This document shows, piece after piece, positions 1 to 13,129 of a stretch of 64,000 nt of DNA. The stretch's first letter is position 1; each line of letters begins with the position of its first letter. The position numbers and the translations under genes are program-made. The notes below the pieces were generated by a model. That model was not told the DNA's origin and made no database searches. It worked only from the letters and a program-made list of their open reading frames with translations. The stretch lies in NCBI RefSeq assembly GCF_963921235.1, contig NC_086107.1:93560001-93624000 (forward strand), in the 5' to 3' direction. This stretch comes from Mobula hypostoma. Taxonomy: Eukaryota.

Positions 1-640
1 TTGTTTTATTGTGGTGGAGAAGTTGTTCATACTGATCCTCTCCAGTATGCTGGAGTTAGTGTGTCTGTCCTTCCAACTGATCCTCAAGATCTCTCGTAAG
101 GATCTTTGGTAATATTATTCCATGGTTTTCAGGTGTCTACTGTAGGTGGTCCATGATTTAGCACCATACAGTAACGTAGGAAGAACAACTGCTCTATAGA
201 CTAAAAGTTTTGTTTGGACTTGTAGGTCGCAAATCTTCAAAGAATATTTCCCTTAATCTTGCATAGGCACTACTTGCTGTGATTGAATTTTGTGCCGCTA
301 TCTGCTTTTGAGGAGAAAGTGCTGGAGAAAGTGCTTTACATTTTCAAGGGCAATATCATCAACTTTTCTGAGGAGACACAACACAGCCAAAAGCTTAGTC
401 GAAGCAGTAGGTGTGAATTCAACACTGTTGGCCAGCTCATTATCCAACGCATCTGTTCCAGATAAGATAAAGTTACTCTCGATTCAGGATCCAGCGTTGA
501 GGGAAATAAGAGTTTGCACAATAATGTTAAAATAATAGTTAATTTATTCAGTGCTTGATAGAACCTAAGCAATACAGTGTGAAAGAAATACTCGCAGGCC
601 CTGAGTCTGCTGCAGAGCATCTTCATTCCCTCTTATGTCC
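1..640 (-). mobile_element. RTE-clade LINE ORF2 fragment (decayed)
   Basis: Minus strand translates to TKLLVYRAVVLPTLLYGAKSWTTYSRHLK...ILRISWKDRHTN, typical of the RTE RT C-terminal region. Confidence 0.75.
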
Positions 641-2893
641 CCAACACCGCTCACAATGCAGTCCAATGGCAAAGCCCCTCTGTACGTTGTGAAGCGGTTG
701 TGTTCAGCCCCAATAATACTTCTTCTAGGAGGAAGTGATACCGTGCCCTGGCAGAGTTCAGCTTAAGTTAAGCAAGACAAGCGACTTCCGCAATACAGTA
801 AATTCAGCGTAGCATGTTTAACCATGTTCTACAATTCATATTTAGAAATGTTTCAACAAGCTCAGCTACTCCTCGCTCAATTTAGCACAGCAGCTGCTCA
901 GAAGTTTGTCCATTGTTCAGCTTTATATATTATCCTACCATACAAATCATCATCCCCAATGTCAAAGTTCAAAGTAAATTTATTATTGAAGTATATATAT
1001 GTCACCATTTACAACCCTGAGATTCATTGTCTTGTGGGTATACTCAATAAATCCATAATTGAATCATAACCATAATAGAATCAATGGAAGACCGGACCAA
1101 CTTGGGTGTTCAACCAGAATGCAAACGACAACAAACTGTGCAAATACAAAAAGAAAGAAAGAAAAATAATAAACAAATAAGCAATAAATATTGAGAACAT
1201 GAGATGATGAGTCCTTGAAAGTGAGTCCATGGGTTGTGGGAACAGTTCAGTGATAGGGCGAGTGAATTTATCCCCTCTGTTTCAAGAGCCTGATGGTTGA
1301 GGGGTAACTGTTTTGAACCTGGTGGTGGGAGTCCTGAGGCTCCTGTACCTTTCTTCCTGATGTCAGCAGCGAGAAGAGAGCATGTCCTGGGTGGTTCTAG
1401 AAAAGCATAGAAAATGACAGCACACTACAGGCCCTTTGGTCCACAATGTTATGCCAATCTTTTAAACTACTTTATCATCAATCCCTCCAACATATTTCTC
1501 CATTATTCTATCATCCATTTGTCTAGATTGGTGAGATTGGTGTTTTCCTTGGAACAGAAGAGAATGGAAGAATGAACAATGTATAAAGTTATGAGGGATC
1601 TGAAAAGTATGGATGGGATAGACGTTGTCTTCAACAGTAACATCACTAATTGGGCAGAACAGATAGAAGGATATTGGAGACCTCAGAGAGGAATTGAGTA
1701 ACTATTTTGTTTTCACCTGGAGGGTGGTGGAGAATTGGAGATCATAGACCAAAAGGGAAGGCAGGAATCCTCAGATTTAAACCTCATCCACAACTTTTGT
1801 TCAGAAAGATATGGGCCAAATGCAGTTGGATGGGCATCTTGGTCAGTGTGGACCAGTTGCTTCAAAGGGCTGTATGAATATCTAGATGAGTACTATACAA
1901 GGCAAGATCTGGGGATTGGGATTAGGCCAGCAAGCTCCAATCTGCTGGCATGGTCACAATGGACCAAATAGACTTCATCTGCACCATACGTTTGTAAGAC
2001 TCTTAAGAACAACTTCTATCAATCAAATGCTGTTAACAACTTATTCTGTCTGCTCCATCAGCTTCCTGGCAAAATGCCTAAATTTATTTTCAAGAACCTC
2101 TGGCCACTTTCTTATATATTCCCACATGTGCAACCAATATACGAAGCAGTCCCACTTAGTGTTTATAATTAATTCAGGTAATATTAAGTAGAATGAAATG
2201 AAATACAGTTCACTTTCAATTTATTTTACATATGCTTAGCATAAGAATAAATAATTAACTTTTCCCCTTCTGGTCTTTATTATTGTTTCATTTTCCTTTT
2301 TTCTTTTCAGTCCAACTAACATGTGGGATCCAAACTTCAACACTTCAGTGCCAGCTACTGTATTTTTCACTCACAGCAAATATAAAAAATAATATATCTG
2401 AATTTTCTGATGCTACAAAACCAGTTAGGAGAATGAGCAGTGAGGAGAATGCAGAGTCAGCCAATAACTATAGACAGGCTAAGCATATTTTTTGCCTTGT
2501 GTTTTGGGATGAAGTTATCACTGGCTTTGCCAGCAATTATTGTCAACTTCTAATTGGACTTGAGAAAGTAGTACAAAGCCACCTTCTTGGAATGAAGCCC
2601 CCCCCCTTTCACTACTGCCCTCGGGCAGGAATTACAGGAGCCACACCACCTGGTTCAAGAACAGTTATTACCCCTCAACCATTGGGTTTCCGAACCACAG
2701 TGGATAACTCCATTCAACTCAACTCTGAACTGATTCCACAACCTATGGACTCGTTTTCAGGACTCCACAAAGGACCCTCTGGAAAACCCTGGCAATTTCG
2801 GACTATGTTTCTCACCCTCTGCATGCCACCTTGGCGGAACAGAGGGGCACTTTCAGTAATAGACTAAGAGCTCCAAAGAGTGCTATATAAGGT

Positions 2894-3526
2894 CATAGAA
2901 ACATAGAAAATAGGTGCAGGAGTAGGCCATTCAGCCCTTCGAGCCTGCACCGCCATTCAGTATGATCATGGCTGATCATCCAACTCAGAACCCCATATCA
3001 GCCTTCCCTCCGTACCTCCTGATCTCTTTAGCCACAAGGGCCATATCTAACTCCCTCTTAAATATAGCCAGTGAACTGGCCTCAACTGTTTCCTGTGGCA
3101 GAGAATTCCACAGATTCACCACTCCCTGTGTGAAGTTTTTCCTAATCTCGGTCCTAAAAGGCTTCCCCTTTATCCTCAAACTGTGACCCCTCGTTCTGGA
3201 CTTCCCCAACATTGGGAACAATCTTCCTGCATCTAGCCTGTCCAATCCCTTTAGGATTTTATACATTTCAATAAGATCCCCCCTCAATCTTCTAAATTCC
3301 AATGAGTATAAGCCTAGTTGATCCAGTCTTTCATCATATGAAAGTCCTGCCATCCCAGGAATCAATCTGGTGAACCTTCTTTGTACTCCCTCTATGGCAA
3401 GGATGTCTTTCCTCAGATTAGGGGACCAAAACTGCACACAATACTGCAGGTGTGGTCTCACCAAGGCCTTGTACAACTGCAGTAGTACCTCCCTGCTCCT
3501 GTACTCGAATCCTCTTGCTATGAATG
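2894..3526 (-). mobile_element. CR1 LINE 3' end (young, same family as 59985-62710)
   Basis: ORF LYKALVRPHLQYCVQFWSP...RRLRGDLIE with (catagaaa) tail repeats. Near-identical to 62083-62710. Confidence 0.92.
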
Positions 3527-4180
3527 GCAGGTCATTCTTAGCCTTGGCCATTCGGCTCTATAATGAGTCCACCTATAGCCAGGGAAGTGATGACCACCTC
3601 CTGTTAGACTGCTATTAACTTCTGTCTAAATTCTGTTTAGCTCTGCTTACCACACTCTACAAACACAGACACACTATGCAATCCCTCCATCACTTCTTAT
3701 CTGGACGATGTGAATGTGCACCCATATTAATTACTGTAATATTATAGTAATTCTTGCACTACCATCTTATCTTTGTGAAGTTGGAAATCTTGTAAATCTT
3801 GTCACCTTTGACTTGTAAGTCTTGTACATCTTATTTTTAAGGTACACACATCAAAGTTGCTGGTGAATGCAGCAGGCCAGGCAGCAACTCTAGGAAGAGG
3901 TACAGTCAAAGTTTTGGGCCAAGACCCTTCGTCAGGACTGTAACATCGACTGTCGACTGTACCTCTTCCTAGAGATGCTGCCTGGTCTGCTGCGTTCACC
4001 AACAACTTTGATGTGTGTTGCTTGAATTTCCAGCATCTGCAGATTTCCTCGTGTTTTTATTTTTAAGGTAACTTATTTTTTATTCTTTCTTACTTCTCTT
4101 CTAATATTTGTATATCTGCGCACTTGTAATGCTAGTGACATTGTAATTTCCTTTGGGATCAATAAACTATCTATCTATCA
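3527..4180 (+). mobile_element. Rex1/Babar-type LINE 3' end, interrupted by a hammerhead element
   Basis: RSF...AIRLYN terminal ORF motif, aataaa and (ctat)n tail. Same family as 58627-59045 (-). Confidence 0.65.
3845..4056. mobile_element. Penelope-type short element with inverted arms and a degenerate hammerhead; 14-bp TSD
   Basis: Arms 3845-3907 and 3955-4017 are inverted repeats. TSD ttatttttaaggta at 3831-3844 and 4057-4070. Confidence 0.75.
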
Positions 4181-4689
4181 TAGCTCGCTTTCTTAATATT
4201 ATCTATATATTTATTAATTTTTTTTTGTATTTTCACAATTTGTTGTCTTTTGTACATTGGTCCATCTTTGTGTGCAATTTCTCATTGATTCTATCGTGTT
4301 ATTTTGCATTTACTGTGGATGCCCGTAAGTAAATAAATCACAGGGCAATCTATAGTGACATGTACGTACCTTGATGAGAAAATTTACTTTGAACTTCGGT
4401 GCGAATGCTCCCACAGTATCGTTGGATGGTGAGTTCCTGGTTTTAGACCCAATGATGATCAGAGAGCATTGACTACATTTTAAAATCAGGATAGTGTGTG
4501 ATGCAGAAAAGTGCAGGCTGAAGTGGTGTTCCTGTATACCCAAAGCCCTCGCTTTTTTCGCAGTAGAGCTTGGAGAGGTTGTGGGTTTGGAATGTACATC
4601 CTGTTATGCATTTTGGAGATGATGGATAGAGTGAATATTTTTGGTGGTGAATCAAAGTCAAAGTACAATTATTATCAAAGTATGTATAT

Positions 4690-6390
4690 GTTCAAGTTCA
4701 AGTTTATTATCATCTGACTGTACATAAACACAATTAAATGAAACAACATTCCTCCAGACCACAGTGCACCCACAATACATATATCACACACAGCACATAA
4801 AACAAAATATTACCATAAATAAATTAATAAAATATAATTCAAAAATACATGCAGTGTGCAGCACAGATAAACAGCAAACAGCTTGCTGTCCTAGTGACGA
4901 GACCTCGGTGGTGGCAGGGTATTCATTAGTCTCATAGCCCGAGGGAAGAAGCTGTTACCCAGTCTGACACTCCTAGTCCTGATGCTCCTGTACCTCCTTC
5001 CTGATGGTAGTGGGTCAGAGAGATTGTGGGATGGGTGGTAGGGATCCTCAATAATGCTTTGGGCCCTTCATCTGCAAAGCTCCCAATAAATGTCACAAAC
5101 AGGGGGAGGGAAACCTCAGTGATCTTTTCGGCCATTTTTGCTCTCTGTAGGGTCTTGCATTCTGCTGCCTTGCAGCTTCCGTACCACACAGTGATGCAGC
5201 TGGACAGGACACCCTCGATGGTGCTCCTGTAGAAAGTTGGTAGAATGAGTAGGTCTTAATCTTCTCAAAAAGCATAGACGCTGATGTGCCTTCTCGGCTA
5301 GTGAGGAGATGTTGTGATCCAGGTTAGGTCATCCATAATATGCACACCAGGGGACTTTTTGCTCTTCATTCTCTCCACGGCAGAGCCATTGATGTGCAAT
5401 GGAGAGTGGTCGACCTGTGCCTTCCTAAAATCCACAATCATCTCTTTTGTCTTGTCCACGTTGAGACTCAGGTTGTTGTTTGTCAAGCCTCTCTACCTCC
5501 TCGCTGTTGACCCATCATTGTTGCTGTTGAGGTCAGCGAACGTGATGTGGTTTGAGCTGAATCTGGCAGTGCACTCGTGAGTCAGCAGCGGGCACAGCAG
5601 CAGGCTGAGTACACAGCCCTGGGGGTGGGGGGGAGGAGAGTGGGGCACCAGTGATCAGAGTGCTTGAGATGCTGCTGCTGTCAAATCGAACTGACTGGGA
5701 TCATTCTGACAAGAAGTCCAAGATCCATTTAAAGGGAGGGGTGTTGATTCCCAACAAGAACAGTTTACCCAGCAACCTCTGAGGGATGATCGTGTTAAAC
5801 GCTGAGCTGCAGTTAATGAACAACATCCTAGTGTTTGAGGCACTGTTTTCTATGTAACTATGCGATCATCATTTTCTATAAGACTATGAAATCATTAGTG
5901 TACCGGTTTTACTGGTAAGTGAACTGGAACGGGTCCCATGTAGCTGGAAGGTGGGATTTTAAAAAACCTATTACCAGCTTACAAGGTACCAGAAAAGAAT
6001 TTATGATTGTTGAAGTTAGTGCCACTGGGCACTGGAATGATAATGGTTGCCTTGAAGCCTGCAAGGACAATGGACTGTTTCAAAAAGATATTAGTATTCG
6101 TTAAGACTTCTTTTGGCTGGGTCACACAATCCCTCGGCACCTGACCAGGTACGTTGTCTGGCTCCGCAGTTTTGTGTGGGTGTGCTCTGACTGTTCTTCT
6201 CACCTCAGCTGCGGGTTCCTCAGGGGAAGAGGGGACTTTCCTGAAGGTTACATCACTCATTATGTCAAATCATGCGCAGAAAGCATTCGGCCTATCAGGA
6301 AGAGAGGCATTGTTCCCGTTGATGCGCAAGGCAGACCTGTAGTCCGTTATGGTTAGTGTCCCTTGTCACATGTGCTGTGCATCCCTGGTA
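4690..6390 (-). mobile_element. Rex1/Babar-type LINE, decayed
   Basis: Frameshifted RT pieces on minus strand (NNLSLNVDKTKEMIVDFRK; PHKTAEPDNVPG; FKATIIIPVP) and ttcaag-type tail at ~4690. Confidence 0.75.
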
Positions 6391-6699
6391 CCATAAAGGG
6401 CAGTACTAAATAAGTAATACTGAGAACACGAGTTGCAGTGCCCATAGGTTGGGGAATCAGTTCAGCGAGGTGAGTGACGTTATCCATGCTGTTTCAGGAG
6501 CCTGATGGACGAAGGTTAATAACTGTTCCTGAATCCCAATAGTAGTAGTGAGAGGAGAGCATGGCCTGGCATTCAAATAAGCTGCTTTGTCCTGCACAGT
6601 ATCAAGCTTCTTGAGTGACAGTGAAGCTCCTATTATTTAGGTAACTGGAGAATATCCCAGCACACTCATGACTTTTACCTTGTAAGATTAAGATTAAAG

Positions 6700-6985
6700 T
6701 TTAGCTTTCTCCGTCACATGTACATCGAAACAGACAGTGAAATGCATCAATGACCAACACAGTCCAAGAACTGCGTAAGTGTGGCCACGTTTCTGGCGCC
6801 AGCGTAGCGTGTTCGCAGCTTACTAACCCTAACCGGTGCGTCTTTGGAACGTGGGAGGAAACCAGAGCACCTAGACGAGACCCACGTGGTCACGGGGAGA
6901 ACGTGCAAACTCCTGACAGACAGCAGTGGGAACTGAACCCCGATCGATATCACAGTTGGCATTGTAAAGCCTTGTACTTACTGCC
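6700..6985 (-). mobile_element. V-SINE (tRNA-derived, HE1/Mermaid-like)
   Basis: Reverse complement of the V-domain core gttctccccgtgaccacgtgggt...ggtttcctccca. Confidence 0.7.
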
Positions 6986-7419
6986 TTGCTACTTTATAGG
7001 TAATAAAGACATCGATGAGCAGCTGACTTGTAATTATTTGCACAGTTTGTCATCTTTTGCATGTGGGTTGTTTATATATGGGTTTTAATAAATTCTATCG
7101 CAGTTTCTTCCTGTAAATGTGTGTAAGAAAAGTAATCTCAAGATAGTATATGGTAACATGTATGTACTTCGATTATAAATTTACTTTAAACTTTGAACCC
7201 AGCTTGTGTTACGCAAAGCTGTGTCATTTGCCTAAGAAACCAGAGTTGAAAAAACATTTATTTACCTTTTCTCATATAAATTCTGTAAGTGTGAATTGTA
7301 TTCCTAACACAAAATATTGGATAGTAATTTGTGAATTATTTAAGGACAAAATTCTGCAACTAAACAGCTGGAACCCTGGGGTTTCCTGAACACAGGAGAG
7401 TGATTGTAGATGAAAACGG

Positions 7420-7672
7420 GTCAGCCTCAGTAGTGTGCCAGTTAACATAATGCTTTACAGTACAGGCAACCCAGGTTTCATTCTCGCCGCTGACTGTAAG
7501 AAGATTGTACGTTCTCCCCGTTATCACGTGGGTTTCCTCTGGGTGCCCTGGTTTCCTCCCACAGTCCAAAAATGTACAAGTTAGGAGGTTAATTGGTCAC
7601 ATGGGTGCAACTAGGCAAGATGGGCTTGTTGGGTCGGAAGGGCTTGTTATCTTGCTGTATCTCTAAATAATA
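7420..7672 (+). mobile_element. V-SINE
   Basis: gttctccccg...gtgggtttcctctgggtgccctggtttcctcccaca core and tail ctgtatctctaaataa. Confidence 0.7.
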
Positions 7673-7789
7673 ATTTTTAAAAAGACCGGAAAAAGGGTTT
7701 AGTATGAGAAATTGTGAGGTTATTCAATCCGGAAGGAAGAATGTGAAAAAAGAATATTTTTTAACTAGAAATAAACTGATTTTTAGTGA

Positions 7790-8378
7790 GTTCGTTGAAG
7801 TTGTTATAGCCACGGGTGGTAAAGGGGACAATCTCCCACTACCTATTAAATGTTCCCAATGGTGTGCACCTCAAATAGCCTCTGACAACTAAGTCCAGCT
7901 CCTGGCCTTCACATGTGGCTTAGCTACTAAGCCCGGCGGAACCATTTCTACTGACAGGAAAAGGGGCAAAGGAGGGTTACTGGCACCTTAAAACCAGTCA
8001 CTTCGGGCAGATGGGGCTCTTCAGCTGTGGTTGGCAGCTCATCTAGAAGAAGGAAAACTCTGATCTCAAACCTCCGCTGCCCTGCAGCTACACCCACTCA
8101 TGGGGAAGGCTTCAGGAGTAAATCCCGAGGGAAAAATCCGCAGCTGGAGTCCCTAAGGCAGTCCGACATTGAGTTCAATGTTGACTGGCAACTCCTGCAA
8201 AGTTGCTGGTACCAAACTCTATGGGTCTCTGCCGTTCCTTTGGGTTCATCTGATGCGTGGAGAGGAAGAGCTTGCTACGTGTGCAAGAGCTTGCTCTCCA
8301 TACTGTACTGCCCAGGCTTGTGTACCTAGACAGCTAGGACACAATATCCATGGCCAACTCTGACCAACAGAGGCCTCA
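7790..8378 (+). mobile_element. RTE-derived non-autonomous element (5'UTR-like body plus RTE-type 3' tail)
   Basis: ggcagctcatctagaagaaggaaaactctgatctcaaacc motif and tail atccatggccaactctgaccaacagaggcc, shared in type with the SINE at 28203-28480. Confidence 0.5.
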
Positions 8379-8469
8379 GTGAGCTAATCTTCAACCACAA
8401 TTATTAGGGGAACATAGCCCAAGTAGGAGTTCAAGCTTATTGTCATAGGCATACTTGTACAGGGTGTAA

Positions 8470-9015
8470 GACCAGAAGACATTGGAACGGAGTTGGGCTG
8501 TCCCACTCATCGTGTCTGCTCCACCATTTCATCATGGCTGATTTACTATCTCTCTCAACCCCATTTGCCTATCTTCTCCCCGCAATCTTTGACACCCAAA
8601 CTAATCGAGAATCTATCAACCTCTGCTTTAAATATACCAATAACTTGGCCTCCACAGCTGTCCGTGGCAATGAATTCCACAGATCCACTACCTCTGGCTG
8701 AAGACATTCCACCTCATCTCTGTTCTCAATGGACACCCCTCTACTCTGAGGATGTGCCCTCTTGTCCTAGACTCCCCCATTATAGGAAACATCTTTTCAA
8801 CATCCACTCTACCTAGTTCTTTCAATATTTAATAGGTTTCAATCAGATCCCGCCCCCCCATTCTTCTAAGCTCCAGCAAGTACAGGCCTAGAGCCATCAA
8901 ACACTCCTCATATGTTAACCATTTTATTCCCAGGATCATTCTCATGAATCTCCTCTGGACCCACTTCAATGCTAGCACATCTTTTCTTAGACAAGGGTCC
9001 AAAACTACTCACATG
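8470..9015 (-). mobile_element. CR1 LINE 3' fragment
   Basis: Reverse complement of CR1 3' end (gaattccacagat, cttctaagctccag). Confidence 0.75.
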
Positions 9016-9299
9016 ACATGAAGAGCAGCCTGTTGCAGCAGCAGCACTGTACAGGATGAGGACAAAAAGATTCAAATTTGTTTGTCACATGCACATCAAA
9101 ACATACAGTGAAATGCATCGTTTGCATTAACAACCGACATAACCTAAGGATGTGCTGGGACAGCCCACAAATATCGGCTCACACTCTGGCACCAACATAG
9201 CGTGTGCCAGTGCTCGTCAGAACAATACGGTTCACAACAAAACAAGCCCCTTTCTTCCCTCTCACCCACCCCTCCTTCCAACCCATTTCCACACACAGA

Positions 9300-9410
9300 C
9301 AGTCCTCCAACTCCAGGCCCCAACTCCAGTCTCCAGGCCCCAATTCCAGTCTCCAGGCCCCAACTCCAGTCTCCAGACTCTAACACCCAGACTGGACTCC
9401 AGTCTCCAGC
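9300..9410. repeat. 21-bp minisatellite (ccaactccagtctccaggccc)
   Basis: About 4-5 degenerate copies directly visible. Confidence 0.8.
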
Positions 9411-10142
9411 TTCAAAGTTCAAAGTAAAATTTATTATCAGAGTACATACATATCAGCACATACAAACCTAAGATTCTCTATCTGCAGTCATACTTAGCAA
9501 ATCTATAGAACTGTAAACAGGATCAATAGACAACTTAACTGTGCAAATGCAAATATAAATAAATAACAATAAATAATGAGTATGAAATAACAAAATAAAA
9601 GAGTCCTTAAAGTGAGACCATCTGCAGGACAGGCCTCGGTCTCCAGGCTTCAGTCACTGGGTTTCAACTTCCAGATCTCTGATCGATCTCTGGTATCGAT
9701 GGCGGGTCCCCCAAACACCAGGCTCAAATTCCACAGGCACCAACAGACCAGCCCTTGTGCCTCCTGCTTGCACAGACACCCGAACCTGGGGCAGCTCAAT
9801 AGCCACAGATGTTCTTTGTCACCCGTCCACATCACTGGCCTTTGAGCACGGAGCAGAGGCCCAGGCTACAGGACATCCACCCACATTAGTGGACTTTGGT
9901 AAAGAGTGCAGGCCTGAACTCCTAATATCCTTTACCCATGTTCACATTGCTGGCGTTAGAGAATGGAGTGGAGATCTGACCTCTAGCTCCCCTACAATAC
10001 TGTCCTTAAACCCTAATCAGACACATAACTCGTAACTCCCTCTCAGCCCCCAAAGTCATCGCTATAAACTGTAAAAACTACTAAGTCTAGGCCTTGACGA
10101 TGACCACACCTCAGCGCCATCTTGACTGGCTGTGTTAATATA

Positions 10143-10484
10143 CAGTACTGAGCAAAAGTCTTAGGCACACATGCATAGCTAGGACTTTTGCACAGTACTG
10201 TATTTGTCAATGTGGTGTGGAGGATGAGCTGGTAAATCTGGCAGCAGCAATGGATGCTGTGAATGGCGAGGGTGGAGTGCTGTAGGAGGGTGTGGGACGG
10301 ATGGCAGAGAAGGAGAGCCGGGGTGCAGGTGCAGACACACCCAACCCTGAAACACCAGGCAAGATCATTTGGTTCCAAACAATTGGTTTATTGATCATTA
10401 TAAAATGTCTCTCTGGTGCTTGCTATGCAAAGGACTTAGGCACATATATATAGCTAGGGTGCCTAAGACTTTTGCACAGTGCTG
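10143..10484. mobile_element. Tc1-type MITE, composite of two mini-units
   Basis: TIR cagtactg(t/a)gcaaaagtc at 10143, reverse copy ending at 10200, second pair ~10426-10484. TA on the left flank. Confidence 0.7.
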
Positions 10485-11219
10485 TTGTAATTTTATGTAT
10501 TGCACTGTACTGTATGTTAACACAGGATTAAATTAACATAAACTATAGCTTATGTGTATGCAAAAGTAAACCATAAATATAACAACACTCCTGCACAACT
10601 GAGAGAGACAAGGAAGTAGAAGGCTTGGTATTATCCTAGGATGTGGTCCTGTCCTAGCACCCTGGCTATTGAGAACTGAGGGAGATGTGGGGAACTTTTC
10701 CCTCCTGGAGCCATAAATTTTGAAAATTTTCTACCTCAGTGATTTTGGATCCTCAGTTATCCAGTATGCTCAAATTCAAAGGAGTTTTGGACATTAATGG
10801 AAATGTGGATTGGAAATCCAGTGGAAGTTTCAGATTCAGGGTCATTTATTTATCAAATGTATATCAAAATGTACAGTGAAATGTGTCATTTACGTTAACA
10901 GCCAACACAACCTACGATGTGCCGGGGGCAGCCCGCAAGTGCCTACACACATTCTGGCGCCAACATAGCACACCCACAATGTTCACAGAAGAACACAAAT
11001 AATAGCAACAGCAACTAAACAACAACAGTAAAGCTAGCACCTTGCTTCCCTCCCATCCACCCATGCACACAAACAGACAGCCCGCCAACACAGGACACGC
11101 TGCCTCTTTGCCTCCAACCTCCAGTGGACTCAGACGAGCAGACACTGGGCTTTAACTTCCGATCGACTTTTGAACTTCGATCTTCAGTACCGACCCAGGG
11201 TTCTCTGATGACAAAGAAT

Positions 11220-11450
11220 GAGGATGATGGATGTTAACCCTGAACTCTAGGCCTTAAACTCCAGACTCACTAATGATGAAGAATGAGCACTTCGGATAAG
11301 GACCTAAACTCCAAACCTCGAAGTCCGAACTTGCTGATGATGGGGCCCCGAAGGCTAGGCCTTGAACTCCAGACTTGCCGATGACAGGACCCTGAATACT
11401 AGGCCTTGAACTTCAAAATCACCAATGATGGGATCCCGAACACTAGATCC
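11220..11450. repeat. Degenerate ~45-50 bp tandem repeat
   Basis: Recurring gatga...ccc(t/c)gaa..ctaggccttgaactccagact units. Confidence 0.65.
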
Positions 11451-11496
11451 CTTTATAAGAGATTGTAAGAGATAAGGTTAGCCAAATGGTCGGCGT

Positions 11497-11902
11497 CATC
11501 ATCATCATTTTGTGCCATGTCGTATGACATCATCATTATGTGTCGTGTCGTATGATGTGGATGATCATGGTCTTTCCAGAGCCATGATTATTCTTGGCAA
11601 ATTTTTCTACAGAAGTGGTTTGCCATTGCCCCCTTCTAGGCAGTATCTTTACAAGACTGGTGACCCACAGCCATTATCAATACTCTTCAGAGATTGTCCG
11701 CCTGGCGTCAGTGGTCACATAAACAGGACTTGTGATATGCACCAGCTGCTCGTACGACCATCTACTGCCTGTTCCTATGACTTCACATGACCCTGATCGG
11801 GGGGCTAAGCAGGTACTACTTAGGCTGACTTGCAGGCTAGTGGAGGGAAGGAGCACCGTACACCTCCTTTGGTAGAGACACAGCTCCATCCCGCAACCCA
11901 AA
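11497..11902 (+). mobile_element. Interspersed repeat with (cat)n end, probably RTE-related; inverted copy at 22826-23150
   Basis: Clear reverse-complement similarity (agaagtggtttgccattgcc / ggcaatggcaaaccacttct). Confidence 0.55.
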
Positions 11903-13129
11903 GCTGAATGGTAGCAGGTTTAGAATCTGAATGGTCTGCTCCTGCTCCTGCTCCTGCTTCCTATGTTCGTGTTAAGTTCCTCCCAAAATAGCAACAGGCA
12001 GCTTGTATTTACTTAACACCTTTAGTGCAATAACCATTCCAAAGTGTTCCACTGATACTTTCAGCAAACAAAAATTGACACTAAACCACATTAAGGGAAA
12101 TTAAGGCAGGTGACCTTAAGGCTTGGTCAAAGAGGAGACACAAGAGATTTTGCAAAGGCTGGAAATGTGAGGCAACACTAAAAAAGGGTCAGCACAGCAA
12201 CGCAGCAGTTAGCGCAACGCTTTCGCAGTGCCGCTGACCCGTGTTCAATTCCCGCCGCCATCTGTAAGGTGTTTGTGCATCCTCCCCGTGATCAGTTTCC
12301 ACCCACGTTCCAAAGACATATGGGTTAGGGGGTGAATGAAATCCTCCAGGCGGGTGTGGAAGGCAAGCGAGCGTTCAGCAGCGTCCACCAGCCTCTGGCT
12401 CGCTGCCACTGGAGGAAGGTGTCTGCGTGTGGCGGTCACTCGCCTGCTGCCTCCCAGGGAAGGTCCTTGCATTCCTCTCTCTCTCTCAATGCTGTCGGCA
12501 GACGGTGCCGTAGCAATGTTCAATCATCACGGATTGTAGATCTGGACTCTCAGATTTATGATATGTTCTAGTCCTGGTCGCTCTTTTTTGTTACTATTTT
12601 TGAGTGACTCTTGAATCGAGGTGGCCTATGGATAATGAACACTGAGCTGAATTGTACTGAAATTCACCTTTTGATTTTGTGTTTTTACTTGTCTTTTTTC
12701 TTGCCATTTGCCTGATTTTTTTGCGCGCGTGGGAGGGGGGGTTGATGTTTTTCTTTGAACAGATTGGTTCCATAGTTCATCTTTGTTTTGTGACTGTCTG
12801 TGAGGAAGACGAATTTCAGGGTTGTATACTGCCTATGTACTTCAATAATAAATACTTTGAACTTTTGAGTAGGTTAATTGGTCATATTGGTGTGGTTGGG
12901 CAACACAGACCTGTTGGGCCAGAAGGGTGGTTACTGTACTGTATCTCTAAAACAGGGGTTCCCAACTTTTTTTATGCCCTGGACCTCTACCATTAACCAT
13001 GGATCCAAGGTTGGGAACCCCTGCTCTAAATAAACAAATAAATAACGCTGGAGGGTCTCAGGGTGTCGGGCAGCATCTGTGGAAGGAAGTAAGCAGTCGA
13101 TGTTTTGGGTTGAGACTCTTAGTGCCCAC

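Noticed and set aside
2283..2867. 194-aa plus-strand ORF
   Set aside because: Non-ATG start in a pyrimidine tract, second half is a LINE 3' relic, and there is no protein-like signature.
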